Positions 19,722 to 29,840 of a stretch of 64,000 nucleotides of DNA are shown one piece after another. The stretch is taken from the IMG/VR virus record IMGVR_UViG_3300043772_001024, positions 47,743-111,742 of that record, one strand, 5' to 3'. The stretch is from a virus. The notes beneath the pieces are model-generated. The model did not search any database. It saw only the letters and a list, made by a program, of their open reading frames with translations, and was not told where the DNA came from. Each line of letters begins with the position of its first letter. Positions within the stretch are counted from its first letter, which is position 1. The position numbers and the translations under genes were made by a program.

Positions 19722-21527
19722 TTAAACACAAACTGTAGGACCAGTAGGTGTTGTAGGTGGGAAGTTATAAAGTGGAACACATGCTGTTTCAACACATCCT
19801 TCCAATTCTAAACCTACACAGTCTGAACAATTTGACAACCAAGCATTTACAAATGTTTCAAATGTAGCTTCTGGACCACAAGTAATAACTTCTAACAAGT
19901 ACTGATCATTATCAAATGTGCTAGATGGGTTATTGAAACGTGGAACATTGTGCTGTAAGAAATATCTTGTATACAACTTGTTACGGTCAATATAATCAAA
20001 CACACTGTATCCTTGAGTAATCTCACGAATCCTGAAATCACTAGAGAAGAAGTTTTGTCTGTATTGCTCAGATAAGATAGCATCTCTTGCAACTGATTCA
20101 CCAAGACCCATTACTTGTCTTCCTTCACACTCAGTAATAACACATACTCCATCAAACAAACATGGATCACCATTTAAGTCTACTTCAGAAGCATACAATC
20201 TTACTGGCTCAACTTCATAGAAGTCAGAGATTTGGAATGTACAATTTTGGAATTTAGTATCAACATAAGCTCCATTAAGAACCATACCAGCACAGTCATT
20301 AAGTATATATCCTGGAGATACATATTGATCCCAAGTTTTTGCACCTGGTACTGTTGCTAGGAATGCAGCTGATGTTCCTGGTGCATACAATGGAACACCA
20401 CTTTGATCAACTACAACAATTTGCATAAATGGAGATATAACAGGATATCTTGTAATTGCTTCAGCCCATTGGATAAAAATTAAAGTTGAATCAATTTCTA
20501 CTGGAGCAATAGCACCATCAGGACAACATCCACCGTATGCAGAAGCAATGATGTAAGAGTTGTGATTTAATAATCTTAATGCAGGAGAACCTTTAACATC
20601 AACACGTAATGTATAAGTTTCACCACAATAGAATTTTTTACAACAGTTAGCACCTATTCCAGCATCTACTGTAAATGTAGGAGAGGTGATTGAACCTGAT
20701 CCATCCCAAGGTAAGTAAAAACCTGTGATTGCAATTGGACCTGCAACAGTTTGTGAAATACTAACTTCATAAGTACCAGCACCACCAGTAGTTCCTGTTA
20801 ATTGTGAAAGTATAGTTGTACCAGCTGTAACACCTGTACCTTGAATTACCATACCTGGTTGGAAAGAACCACCGTTTGCTGCCATAGCTGCAATTGTCAT
20901 TGTAGTACCTGAAATGCTACTACCTGCTGAAGATATACCTGTTTCAGGTTGAACTATGTCACCATCAACCCATCCTGAACCACCATTAGCAATTTCTACA
21001 AATGTAACTACTCCACCTACTACAGTGATATCAGCAAGTAATCCAGAACCTGTTGGTGAAGATAAATCTACTAATGGGATATTATTATAAACACCATCAG
21101 CAATATTAGCACCAGCATTTGTGATTGCTAAACTTAAAGCTACATCATCTGTGTAAGCTGTGTTACCAATATGGATAACATTATTTTGTGGTAAACATGG
21201 ATCTACACGGTAGAATTTGTTTACATATTTAGGATTAATTTCCTTAGACTTGTTAGACTCTTGGTATCCACCATGGAAAGGACCAATTTTATCATTCTGA
21301 TAAATTGAACCTGCAGCAAGGATAAGATTACAACATCCTATTGTTGTTGCACTATATGTTGTTGGAACAACAGTCCAGGTTTTAGGGTTTACAAATCCAA
21401 AAGATCCTCCAGGAAAAATATTCCCTGTAGTACCAAGTTGGCCACCATTTAATCCTGTATAACCTCCACCACCTGCCAAGGTAGTACCAATGAAGGTTTT
21501 TCTAAAGGCATGATTAAAATAACTCAT
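19722..21527 (-). CDS. Putative capsid auxiliary/decoration protein
   Basis: 601 aa; position corresponds to crAss gene 73-like; inserted GTT.TI...[13 protein letters not shown] module; followed by a strong terminator. Confidence 0.55.
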   Translation of the reverse strand: MSYFNHAFRKTFIGTTLAGGGGYTGLNGGQLGTTGNIFPGGSFGFVNPKTWTVVPTTYSATTIGCCNLILAAGSIYQNDKIGPFHGGYQESNKSKEINPKYVNKFYRVDPCLPQNNVIHIGNTAYTDDVALSLAITNAGANIADGVYNNIPLVDLSSPTGSGLLADITVVGGVVTFVEIANGGSGWVDGDIVQPETGISSAGSSISGTTMTIAAMAANGGSFQPGMVIQGTGVTAGTTILSQLTGTTGGAGTYEVSISQTVAGPIAITGFYLPWDGSGSITSPTFTVDAGIGANCCKKFYCGETYTLRVDVKGSPALRLLNHNSYIIASAYGGCCPDGAIAPVEIDSTLIFIQWAEAITRYPVISPFMQIVVVDQSGVPLYAPGTSAAFLATVPGAKTWDQYVSPGYILNDCAGMVLNGAYVDTKFQNCTFQISDFYEVEPVRLYASEVDLNGDPCLFDGVCVITECEGRQVMGLGESVARDAILSEQYRQNFFSSDFRIREITQGYSVFDYIDRNKLYTRYFLQHNVPRFNNPSSTFDNDQYLLEVITCGPEATFETFVNAWLSNCSDCVGLELEGCVETACVPLYNFPPTTPTGPTVCV

Positions 21528-21590
21528 TGTTTTTTGTTTTAGTTAATAAATATATACTATAATATAGTAAAAGTTTTTGAAATAACAAAA

Positions 21591-22103
21591 TTATTTTAAG
21601 AAAAGTAATTTATATTTAGTAGAATTAATTGCATCCTTTACTAAATCTAAGTTGTTTACTATCTCAGAATAAGGTAACATCCCTTGGAGTTTGTTTACCA
21701 TAGCATAAATATCTCTAAGATATGATACACCATCTGCTACAGTATCTAAGGTTCTTGGTGTTACTTCAGAATACTTTAATAGTTTTTCTGCAGCTCCCTG
21801 ATATCCTTCAACTAAGGTATCTGCAAAATCAGGTATAGCATCATATAACTCATTAAGAGCTTTGTGTGCTGCATAAGATCCATCACCTGTTACTTTAAGA
21901 TGTAGCTTATGAAAACTTGTTCTTGCATTCATAAGTTCTGAAGCACATGCAGATACCATAGTATCTAATGAACTACCACCAACTCCTGTATCTGGAGTAG
22001 GTTGTGGTTTAGCTGGTTCTTCTTTTGGTTGAGTAACTGTAACTTGTGGTCTAGCAATTGTTTTTGCTGGCTCCGGATTTCTTTTTAATAATCTTGTTGA
22101 CAT
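21591..22103 (-). CDS. Ferritin/Dps-like protein (DUF5856-like)
   Basis: HKLHLKVTG..SYAAHKALNELYD...D.LVEGYQG and TKYKL four-helix-bundle motifs. Confidence 0.75.
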   Translation of the reverse strand: MSTRLLKRNPEPAKTIARPQVTVTQPKEEPAKPQPTPDTGVGGSSLDTMVSACASELMNARTSFHKLHLKVTGDGSYAAHKALNELYDAIPDFADTLVEGYQGAAEKLLKYSEVTPRTLDTVADGVSYLRDIYAMVNKLQGMLPYSEIVNNLDLVKDAINSTKYKLLFLK

Positions 22104-22108
22104 TGCTT

Positions 22109-22807
22109 TTAGTTGTTACGTTCTGCAGTTTCTGTACCTCTGGAGAATTGGTTAGTTGACTCAATATCTCCTGCAAGTATACTCACTGCTTCATCTATTA
22201 TTAATTCTATTATATCATCTTTAAACTCACATAGTACTTCAGTTGTAGAAGCAACATTAGTATAAGGGTCCACACATCCTTGGATTTGTATTTTAATAGG
22301 TTGTCTATAATATACTAAGTCAGCTTTTTCTATATGAAATGCATTGTTAGTATAAACATTTACTTTGTTACCTTTTAGAGTAGCAAAGGTTTCTGCCCAT
22401 TCAAAACTAGGTTTCTTAGCATCATCTCTAAGTAACTGATTTAAGTTACCTTCTTCAGCAAGATACACAGTCATCCTTCTTTTATCACAGCATTCTTTGT
22501 TAGCAAAGACATCTACTCTTTTCCACTGCAGATACTCAAGAGGTAGTGTGGCTTCATAGTATATTTCCTTATCAGTAAGAGATAGATCATATGTAGACAA
22601 TAGTACTTGAAGATCATCTTTTCTTCTAGTAGATTGCTCATCACCTTCTTTAACTAAGTTGATACCATGTAGCTGTCTTCTTACCCACTCCACCTGAGCT
22701 TTATTAAAACCCTCAACAATTTGCCAACACTCAAGATTATCATAATCCTGAGAATCAAGCTTGTTGATCCTTTGTTTTATCTTTATGGTAATAGTACTAT
22801 TAAGCAT
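22109..22807 (-). CDS. Neck/ring protein (crAss gene 74-like)
   Basis: 232 aa; FNKAQVEW, YYRQP, IIDEAV; synteny. Confidence 0.6.
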   Translation of the reverse strand: MLNSTITIKIKQRINKLDSQDYDNLECWQIVEGFNKAQVEWVRRQLHGINLVKEGDEQSTRRKDDLQVLLSTYDLSLTDKEIYYEATLPLEYLQWKRVDVFANKECCDKRRMTVYLAEEGNLNQLLRDDAKKPSFEWAETFATLKGNKVNVYTNNAFHIEKADLVYYRQPIKIQIQGCVDPYTNVASTTEVLCEFKDDIIELIIDEAVSILAGDIESTNQFSRGTETAERNN

Positions 22808-22810
22808 GTC

Positions 22811-23323
22811 TTATTTTTTTCTTTTTACAGAGCCGCCTTTTTTAAAAGCTTCTTTATAATCTCTATCTAATATTTTTTTTCTATGTGTTCCTTCTTCTGA
22901 ATTCCAATCAATATTATTCATATTGTTCATTTCATTAAGTTGGGCATTTTTATTATATTTTTGATTCCAGATTCCTTCTTTGTTTAAACCTGTTCCTAAT
23001 CTTTTATTATTAACACCAACTGCAGGAGATCTTAAATAATTTTCAAAAGCAGATCTATCTTCTTTTTCTATTTGTCTATATTGATCTTCAGTACCATAAC
23101 CCATATTTGGTTTTGCTGGTGCAAATGGTGTATTAGGTGTAGTTGTAGATGGAAAAGCTTGATCAAGTCTTTTAGTATCTGATTCTGTTAAAGGTCCAGC
23201 ATATGTATTTTTAAAAGACATACCATCTTGAGCTTTCTTAATAGACTTTTTTACTGAAGCTTGTCTAGCTTCATTAGCTTTTCTAAAGAATGTAATTGGA
23301 TTTTCTTTTTTAGTTTTTTTCAT
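22811..23323 (-). CDS. Small basic protein
   Basis: 170 aa; Lys-rich ends, KAQDG/FKKGG motifs. Confidence 0.7.
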   Translation of the reverse strand: MKKTKKENPITFFRKANEARQASVKKSIKKAQDGMSFKNTYAGPLTESDTKRLDQAFPSTTTPNTPFAPAKPNMGYGTEDQYRQIEKEDRSAFENYLRSPAVGVNNKRLGTGLNKEGIWNQKYNKNAQLNEMNNMNNIDWNSEEGTHRKKILDRDYKEAFKKGGSVKRKK

Positions 23324-23324
23324 C

Positions 23325-23492
23325 TTATTTCTTTTTAGCTTTTGCCATTTTCTTAAAAGTAAGAGCTAATGTTTTAGCTTTACCTGTACAACCTGGTTTA
23401 GTAATTGGAGTACATTTACCTTCAGTACCTCTACGTTTAATAGAGGCTGAAACTTTTTGCATCCATTTTTTGTCAGACTTTTTAGTAGGCAT
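23325..23492 (-). CDS. Small basic protein (55 aa, not in ORF track)
   Basis: Hand-translated MPTKKSDKKWMQKVSASIKRRGTEGKCTPITKPGCTGKAKTLALTFKKMAKAKKK; fills the gap between its neighbours exactly. Confidence 0.75.
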   Translation of the reverse strand: MPTKKSDKKWMQKVSASIKRRGTEGKCTPITKPGCTGKAKTLALTFKKMAKAKKK

Positions 23493-23494
23493 GG

Positions 23495-24139
23495 TTATCT
23501 TTTTTTAGCTCCGCCCATTTTTTTAATAACACCTCTACCTTTTAAGATATCAGCTCTAGTAACTTTACCATCTTTGTTTAAATCTGGAAAACCACCTTTT
23601 TTAAATCTAGGTCTTTCACTAACACATTTTCCAGAAGCATCTTTCACCATACCTCCACGGCAACCAGGTGACACAGCTCTATTAGTAGTAGAACCACCTT
23701 TCTTAAGGATACGTCCTTGTTCAGATCTTGGATTACTACTATACATTGGCATACCCATCATTGGTAAAGTTGCACCACCCATAGCATATTTTTTCTTAGC
23801 ACCACCAAGTTTCTTTTCTTCTGTAGGTTCATTTAATTTTTTTCTAGCTTCTTTTCTAGTCATTCCGGGATTAGCTTTTTTAATCTCTGATACTGCTTTT
23901 CTTTTTTTACTAGCATCAGCAATCATTTTTCCAGCAACAGCAGCTGAGCCACCAATGCTACTTACAAGACCAGCAATTAAACCAGCACCACAAGGTCCAC
24001 AACCAACTTTTTTTCCACCAACAGATATTGGACACTTTCCAGGAGGGCATTCTCCAGGACCACTTTTAGCCATTTTCTTAACAGCAGTAACCTTACCACC
24101 ATCTTTCATTTTACCACAACCGTATTTACAAGTTTTCAT
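23495..24139 (-). CDS. Basic protein with multiple xxxGG motifs
   Basis: 214 aa; MKDGG, YAMGG, LKKGG, FKKGG; FPDLNKDGKVTRADIL EF-hand-like motif. Confidence 0.75.
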   Translation of the reverse strand: MKTCKYGCGKMKDGGKVTAVKKMAKSGPGECPPGKCPISVGGKKVGCGPCGAGLIAGLVSSIGGSAAVAGKMIADASKKRKAVSEIKKANPGMTRKEARKKLNEPTEEKKLGGAKKKYAMGGATLPMMGMPMYSSNPRSEQGRILKKGGSTTNRAVSPGCRGGMVKDASGKCVSERPRFKKGGFPDLNKDGKVTRADILKGRGVIKKMGGAKKR

Positions 24140-24152
24140 TTTATATATAGTT

Positions 24153-24434
24153 TTAACAATTCCACTTTCTTAAAGACTTATTGATCCTTGAATCAGGATC
24201 ATTAGCTGTCTTAGAGCTTGTTAGTTTTTTCTTCATCCCACTCATCCTAGCACAGAAACTTTTTCTTCTCTTAGCAGACTTGCTATCTGGATCAAGCTTT
24301 GATGGTTTAGTAGTCACAGCTGTCTTAAGTTTACTACCAGGATTAGCTGCCCTATAGCTTGCTACACCTTTAGCATTAAGCCCACCTTCTGGATTCTTAC
24401 CTGCTTTTCTTTGCCATGCTGGTGACTTAGCCAT
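24153..24434 (-). CDS. Small basic protein (DUF6321-like, widespread in aquatic phages)
   Basis: MAKSPAWQRK.GKNPEGGLNAKG...RRKSFCARM...SLRKWNC. Confidence 0.75.
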   Translation of the reverse strand: MAKSPAWQRKAGKNPEGGLNAKGVASYRAANPGSKLKTAVTTKPSKLDPDSKSAKRRKSFCARMSGMKKKLTSSKTANDPDSRINKSLRKWNC

Positions 24435-24436
24435 GA

Positions 24437-24679
24437 TTATATTTTTTTACCACCAGCAAGATTGGTAAACATCTTTGCTTGTTCTAATGCAGCTTTCTTT
24501 ACTTCCGCCATCATCTTAGCATCCTTTTGAATTTCTGCTGCTCTCTTTAATGTGGACATAGCAGATTCAATTTCCCATTTTCTCATCTCAGCTTTATTAC
24601 TACCAAGTCCAATTGATATACTTGTTGTACTTGCTTTTTTAGCTGGTGCTTTTTTAGTTGTTGTTTTTTTAATTGCCAT
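24437..24679 (-). CDS. Small basic protein
   Basis: 80 aa, Lys/Ala-rich. Confidence 0.7.
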   Translation of the reverse strand: MAIKKTTTKKAPAKKASTTSISIGLGSNKAEMRKWEIESAMSTLKRAAEIQKDAKMMAEVKKAALEQAKMFTNLAGGKKI

Positions 24680-24684
24680 GACTA

Positions 24685-24993
24685 TTAATGTTTTTTAGAT
24701 GTTCTCAATCCTTTAGAAGAAGCTTGTCTTCTTAATGAATTTCCTTTTATTGTTGCTCCACCTTTTTTATACAATTTTGCAGCCTTTTCACGTCTTTCTT
24801 TTCTTCCTTCTGGTGTATTCTCATATTTAGCTTGACTGCCTATCTTTTCCAGTACATTTGCAGGCTTAGGTCTAATTCCAATTGTATCCCCTCTATTATT
24901 ATCAGTATTGATTGATATTGATCTTTTACATTTACATGCAGTAGAATCCCATTTCTGCATTGGTGGGCATTGTTTTGGTTTACAAGGTTCCAT
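24685..24993 (-). CDS. Small basic protein
   Basis: 102 aa; CPPMQKWDSTACKC; YKKGG. Confidence 0.65.
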   Translation of the reverse strand: MEPCKPKQCPPMQKWDSTACKCKRSISINTDNNRGDTIGIRPKPANVLEKIGSQAKYENTPEGRKERREKAAKLYKKGGATIKGNSLRRQASSKGLRTSKKH

Positions 24994-25010
24994 TTTAATT
25001 AATTTAATGA

Positions 25011-25349
25011 TTATACTTTTTTAACCCTTCTTCCCATACCTACTCTAGACTTCTCAGCTTTTTTAGCAGCTAGTTTAGAAGGAGTTAATTCATACTTTGT
25101 TTTAGGTGTATCTTTAGATACTTTTTTTGTAGGCCGGCAGTATTCATTTTTACCACCGGCACCACAAGGTTTTCCTGATTTAGTATCTTGCCATTTCTCT
25201 GCTTGCCATCTTTTGAGGTTTGAACCCTCTTTAGTTTTTCTCACAGTACCTGATCCTTTCCTACATTTAGCAATAGCTTGAGAAGCTCTTGCTGAAGGAA
25301 ACACAGCATACTGTGCTTTTACTCTATGATAGCATGCATCTTTTGGCAT
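25011..25349 (-). CDS. Small basic protein (DUF5872-like)
   Basis: MPKDACY..VK..Y.VFPSA.AS.AIAKCRK...LKRW..EKW...CRP.KKVS..TP. Confidence 0.75.
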   Translation of the reverse strand: MPKDACYHRVKAQYAVFPSARASQAIAKCRKGSGTVRKTKEGSNLKRWQAEKWQDTKSGKPCGAGGKNEYCRPTKKVSKDTPKTKYELTPSKLAAKKAEKSRVGMGRRVKKV

Positions 25350-25352
25350 AAC

Positions 25353-25733
25353 TTATCCTCTTCCAGGTGTAGCTTTTTTAGGAGCTTTACTTCTTGGTTT
25401 AGAAGGTTTCTTAGCTGTGTTAGAAGCAGCAGCTTTAGGATTAACACCAGATTTAACACCTTTGCTACCTGCAGATTTAGTTGCTACTAAATTAGCATTA
25501 GCATTCACCATACCACCTGTTTTCATTTTTTTAGAAATACCTTTACCATATAGTTTATTAGATCCTGTAGGTGGAGTATCAGATTGAACTTTTTGTTCTT
25601 CTGGTGCAGATGAGGGTGTTGCCATAGTAGCTGGAGAATTACTTTTAGTTGTTGGTCCACCTACTCCATATTTTTTAGTACCACCTTTTTTCATCATTGT
25701 TTTACCATACATAGCTTTAGATAACTTTTTCAT
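25353..25733 (-). CDS. Small basic protein
   Basis: 126 aa; MKKGG, YGVGG, MKTGG; histone H1-like K/A/P tail. Confidence 0.7.
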   Translation of the reverse strand: MKKLSKAMYGKTMMKKGGTKKYGVGGPTTKSNSPATMATPSSAPEEQKVQSDTPPTGSNKLYGKGISKKMKTGGMVNANANLVATKSAGSKGVKSGVNPKAAASNTAKKPSKPRSKAPKKATPGRG

Positions 25734-25745
25734 TTTATTTTTATT

Positions 25746-26762
25746 TTATGAGTTCCAATACTTTTCACAGGCAAGGTTAAGATCTTTCAAAAGGTCCTCA
25801 TTTAAAGGGTTTTTCATGAACTCAACTACATCAGAAACATTTCTACCAAGTAAAGCACTTGACTTAGCATGGTAAATATATCCATCTGCCTTATTTATAA
25901 TATACTTAAAAAAAACGGAATCTCTAACAATTGATTTAATTTTTAGTGTTTCCATATCTAAAGTTGCAGTCTCCATGAAGGATTTTGCAGCTCTTTCTTT
26001 GTTGGTTTCTCCACCTTCACCATTGATATGTCTATCCATATTCTCATAGATAATGTCTAATGGTGTTGATCTCTTATATTGTGTACTGTTGATATCTACT
26101 ACTTTTGCAATGTAGAATAGCTTAGTACTGTTTTTGTCAAATAATTTTTGTAGTTCAGACAATGCTTTATTACGGAGTTTTTTGTACTCTGTTCTATACA
26201 TTACAGTTTCTTCTTCTTTATCTAAGTAAAACTTAGGAGGAACTGCTTTGGATCTAGCATCATCAAAACTTTTTGCTACAATAGAAAAACCACCTGCCTC
26301 AATAGCATGTAATTTAATTCTATCATAAGGATCTCTTGGGTCTAAGAATAAAGGATCATTACTACAAGATATAGATATCTTGTTCCAGAACTCTGCATTA
26401 TCTGGTTTAAGTAATTTTACTTTATTCCAAAACTGAGGATCATCAAGTTCAATAACATTTGCAGCTAGTTCTTTTTCAAGTTCAACTATTGCAGATCTTA
26501 TTTCTCTCACTCTAGCTTCTCTATCTTCTTGATTAAGTAATTTAATCTCTGGAGCAAATTCATTTAGACCAGTGATGTATCTTACTACACCATTATTTTC
26601 TAAACAAGCAAGTTGCTCATTATGAGTTACTCCATCAAATAGAGAGATACCATATTCTTCTAATCCCATGTTAGAAGCTGAATTGTCAAAGAACGGGCGG
26701 ACAGCAATTGTTGTTTGTTTAACTGTTCCTTTACCTGTTTCCACCATTGTGAAATTTTCCAT
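25746..26762 (-). CDS. Conserved protein downstream of MCP (crAss gene 75-like)
   Basis: 338 aa; synteny. Confidence 0.6.
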   Translation of the reverse strand: MENFTMVETGKGTVKQTTIAVRPFFDNSASNMGLEEYGISLFDGVTHNEQLACLENNGVVRYITGLNEFAPEIKLLNQEDREARVREIRSAIVELEKELAANVIELDDPQFWNKVKLLKPDNAEFWNKISISCSNDPLFLDPRDPYDRIKLHAIEAGGFSIVAKSFDDARSKAVPPKFYLDKEEETVMYRTEYKKLRNKALSELQKLFDKNSTKLFYIAKVVDINSTQYKRSTPLDIIYENMDRHINGEGGETNKERAAKSFMETATLDMETLKIKSIVRDSVFFKYIINKADGYIYHAKSSALLGRNVSDVVEFMKNPLNEDLLKDLNLACEKYWNS

Positions 26763-26797
26763 GTTTGTTGGTTTTATATTGTTGGTTATTAAATCTT

Positions 26798-26827
26798 AAA
26801 AAAAAGGGAGGAGTTTCCCCCTCCCTT
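26798..26827 (-). terminator. Intrinsic terminator after MCP
   Basis: GGGAGG/CCTCCC hairpin plus U8. Confidence 0.85.
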
Positions 26828-26843
26828 GTATATATAGAGTGGA

Positions 26844-28460
26844 TTAGAATGATCCACCTGTGATTGGGTTTCTCATGACTATCTTCAACACCTTGGTCGG
26901 ATCCTTAACCCAGATAGCCGGCATTGTTTGGCTCATCATTACACGGTATCCATTGAATTGTCCAGAAGACTGGAATCCTTGGCTACGTCCCATGTAATCC
27001 ATAGTACCATTTTGATACCACCATTTCAATTGATTATCCCAAGACAATTTCAATAAGAAGATATTGTCATTAGTGTTATCAGTGATGTCAAAGATAATGA
27101 ATGAATAAGAACTTAATGGGAAACCATCAATGATTGGGTTCTCAATGTCATTAGTATGAACATTGTCAAATGCTGGGTTCAATACAAACTTAACATTTGC
27201 CAAGAATGGAATTACATAAGAAGTGTAAGCAAATCCAAAGTTCAAGTCCATACCTTTACCAGTGATTGCACCAATATCAGCAGCCTGAATTAATAAACCT
27301 GAAGATACTGCTTCACGTTTGATAGCTTCATTTACCATTCTCATTCCACCCATACCTGTTTGTACAACTAGTGAACGCTTAGGATCTGGACCTTGGAATT
27401 CAACTTTACCATTGAAGAAGTTGTAGATCTCTCCACGGAACAAATCAAGTGTAAAGTTATTTTTGTTGTATACTCTTTTGAATGAGTTATCCAACTGTTT
27501 CCAAAGACCCACTGATAATCTTAGATCATCTGGACCATCTTGACGTACTCTACCTCCTTGTCCCCACATTAAGTAAGTCTCAATATCAGAAGCAATTTTA
27601 GTTAAGTGAGCAGCTTCCATTGTAGTTAAGAAAGTACGTGATAAGTCTCCGTTATCAAATGCTTTTTTAACTTTGTCTTTACCCATAACTTTAACCATAT
27701 CTTCTAAAGATGTGATTGATGGATCTACAGATTTGTCAAATGTTCTCCAGATCTCAGTTACAGGAACTGTACCATCTGCATTCATACCACCTTTGATCAT
27801 CAAGTCAGCACGGCTAGAGATAGAATAATGTACGTGAGCTTCAGCACCACCAACAAAGTTATAGAATTCACGGAATCCTGTTCTTGTTGTGATGTCAGAG
27901 AATCTCTCACCATACTCACCTCTTGCAGAACCTTTACGGAAAACTTTAGTACCATTAGCTAAGTACTTGTTATCCAAATATTTGAAGTTGTCATTGTTTA
28001 CTAACTGTACAGTATAGATATAAGCATCTCCTAAAGGAAGGATGTCTTCTGCAGTTATGTACATCTCAACACCATTGTATTTGTCATAAGTGATGATATC
28101 ACCATGTCCAAACTCACGTCTGCTAAGTTTGATACGGAAGGTTGAGCCTTCAATACCTTTAAAGTTGTTTTCTGGTTCAATATCCTCAAGGATGTAAGGT
28201 AAGTCTACAGACACAGGAGTCTGCCACTTATACTCACCACGAGCATTATCAACCATAATTACATTTTTACCACCAAAGCTAGACATTTGGTAAAGAGGCA
28301 TTTCTACCTTCTGAGCCATAGCCCAAAGGTCCACTGGACCTAAATCCATTGGTTCTGCATCCTTTAACATGTTAACCAAGTGATAAGAGTCTACATGTGA
28401 CGTAGCATTGTACGCGGTATCCCGTAGAAATATACCATTGTTTAAAACTGGAGTTGCCAT
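26844..28460 (-). CDS. Major capsid protein
   Basis: 538 aa; follows portal and scaffold; EYKW, GLWKQL, TGMGGM and C-terminal IWVKDP motifs; followed by a strong terminator. Confidence 0.85.
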   Translation of the reverse strand: MATPVLNNGIFLRDTAYNATSHVDSYHLVNMLKDAEPMDLGPVDLWAMAQKVEMPLYQMSSFGGKNVIMVDNARGEYKWQTPVSVDLPYILEDIEPENNFKGIEGSTFRIKLSRREFGHGDIITYDKYNGVEMYITAEDILPLGDAYIYTVQLVNNDNFKYLDNKYLANGTKVFRKGSARGEYGERFSDITTRTGFREFYNFVGGAEAHVHYSISSRADLMIKGGMNADGTVPVTEIWRTFDKSVDPSITSLEDMVKVMGKDKVKKAFDNGDLSRTFLTTMEAAHLTKIASDIETYLMWGQGGRVRQDGPDDLRLSVGLWKQLDNSFKRVYNKNNFTLDLFRGEIYNFFNGKVEFQGPDPKRSLVVQTGMGGMRMVNEAIKREAVSSGLLIQAADIGAITGKGMDLNFGFAYTSYVIPFLANVKFVLNPAFDNVHTNDIENPIIDGFPLSSYSFIIFDITDNTNDNIFLLKLSWDNQLKWWYQNGTMDYMGRSQGFQSSGQFNGYRVMMSQTMPAIWVKDPTKVLKIVMRNPITGGSF

Positions 28461-28485
28461 TTTATATTTGTTTATTTGTTACTAA

Positions 28486-29748
28486 TTAAAATCTCTTAAA
28501 CATGTTTGCTCTTGAGATGGTTTTTTGTGGAGCCCTAGTAGTTGTATTTCTTCTCTCAGGTTCTTCATACTGAGTAGATGCTGTACTTCTTCTAGCCTCT
28601 TCTGTTTTCAATTGTCTTACTACTTTTTCTGTAGCTTGTCTTCCACCTTGATCTCTTACTCTATTTTTGTATCCATTAGGATCAGCAAGTAACCATAGTG
28701 CTTCAGCAATAAGATCATGTCTTGGTTCTACAAACTGATACTTCTCAAGTAAGTGTCCAAGTAAATTTGTAGGTTTACCAGAAATTGAAGGGTAATTAGG
28801 TTGTACTAATCCTGAATAAAGTAACCCTTGAGTTTTTTTATCAAGTTTAATTCCACCTAGATCACCTCCAGCAAGAGTGCTGTATACATTATCTGTATAA
28901 GCTTTTGCTGCAGCTTGCTGTTGATCTTTTTTCTCTTCTTGCTCTGCTAGTTGTCTTGCAATAATTTCTTCTTGCATTCTATCTAACTTAGGTTTGAACT
29001 GGTTAGCTTTTTGCTCAAGCTTATCCATGTCTTGCCAATCTTGGATTTCTGATTCTATTTCTTCAGCTGTTCCAAAGTTTGTAGCATAAAGATATTGTCT
29101 TGCAATCTCAGCTTGATCATATTCATCAGATGGATCAAGTTGTCTCATTTCCTCTACATGTGCCAAGGTTCTAAATAAACCTTTAAGATCTTGACCACCA
29201 TCAGCTACATATTTAGCTGCATACTGTAGTTCTTCAGGAAGTGAATTGAAAAATTCTTTAGGTACATTATTTCTTACTTTGTCTTCTCTTTCTTGGAAGT
29301 TAGCTTCAAATAACTCTCTAAAGTCTTTAGTGGTATATTCTTCTAATGGTTTGTCATCATCAAAACCAATAAGAGTACCTTCTTCAATCATTTTAGCTGC
29401 AAGTTCAGCAAGACCAGATTTATCAACCTTTGGTCTTCCTTTATTACCAGCCTCTTCTTCTTGTGCAATTAGACCATCAAGCTCAGCAATGGTTTCATCA
29501 ACTTCTGCTTTCTTTTCAGCTGCTTCCTCTTTTTCTTTTGGAGAAGCAGGTGAGTTGTCAAGGAACGTGGTGTCTACATTTTCTTTTGAAAATAAAGACT
29601 TTGGTTTATCATCTTCTTTACCATCTTCAGGAAGCATTACACTTTCTGCTCCAGGTATTCCAAAGATCTCATCAATATTTACATCTACTTGACCTACCGT
29701 TGTAGTGTCTAATGTCTGGGTTTCCCCAGTTTGGTTTGTGTTTTCCAT
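28486..29748 (-). CDS. Putative scaffolding protein (crAss gene 77-like)
   Basis: 420 aa, acidic helical/coiled-coil, between portal and MCP. Confidence 0.65.
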   Translation of the reverse strand: MENTNQTGETQTLDTTTVGQVDVNIDEIFGIPGAESVMLPEDGKEDDKPKSLFSKENVDTTFLDNSPASPKEKEEAAEKKAEVDETIAELDGLIAQEEEAGNKGRPKVDKSGLAELAAKMIEEGTLIGFDDDKPLEEYTTKDFRELFEANFQEREDKVRNNVPKEFFNSLPEELQYAAKYVADGGQDLKGLFRTLAHVEEMRQLDPSDEYDQAEIARQYLYATNFGTAEEIESEIQDWQDMDKLEQKANQFKPKLDRMQEEIIARQLAEQEEKKDQQQAAAKAYTDNVYSTLAGGDLGGIKLDKKTQGLLYSGLVQPNYPSISGKPTNLLGHLLEKYQFVEPRHDLIAEALWLLADPNGYKNRVRDQGGRQATEKVVRQLKTEEARRSTASTQYEEPERRNTTTRAPQKTISRANMFKRF

Positions 29749-29840
29749 AAGTGTTGGTTTTTTATGTTATACTTCAATATACAAAATAAACTTGATAAAT
29801 TTAAAACAGAAGAAAAGTTTTTCTGCACTATATGGCTATA

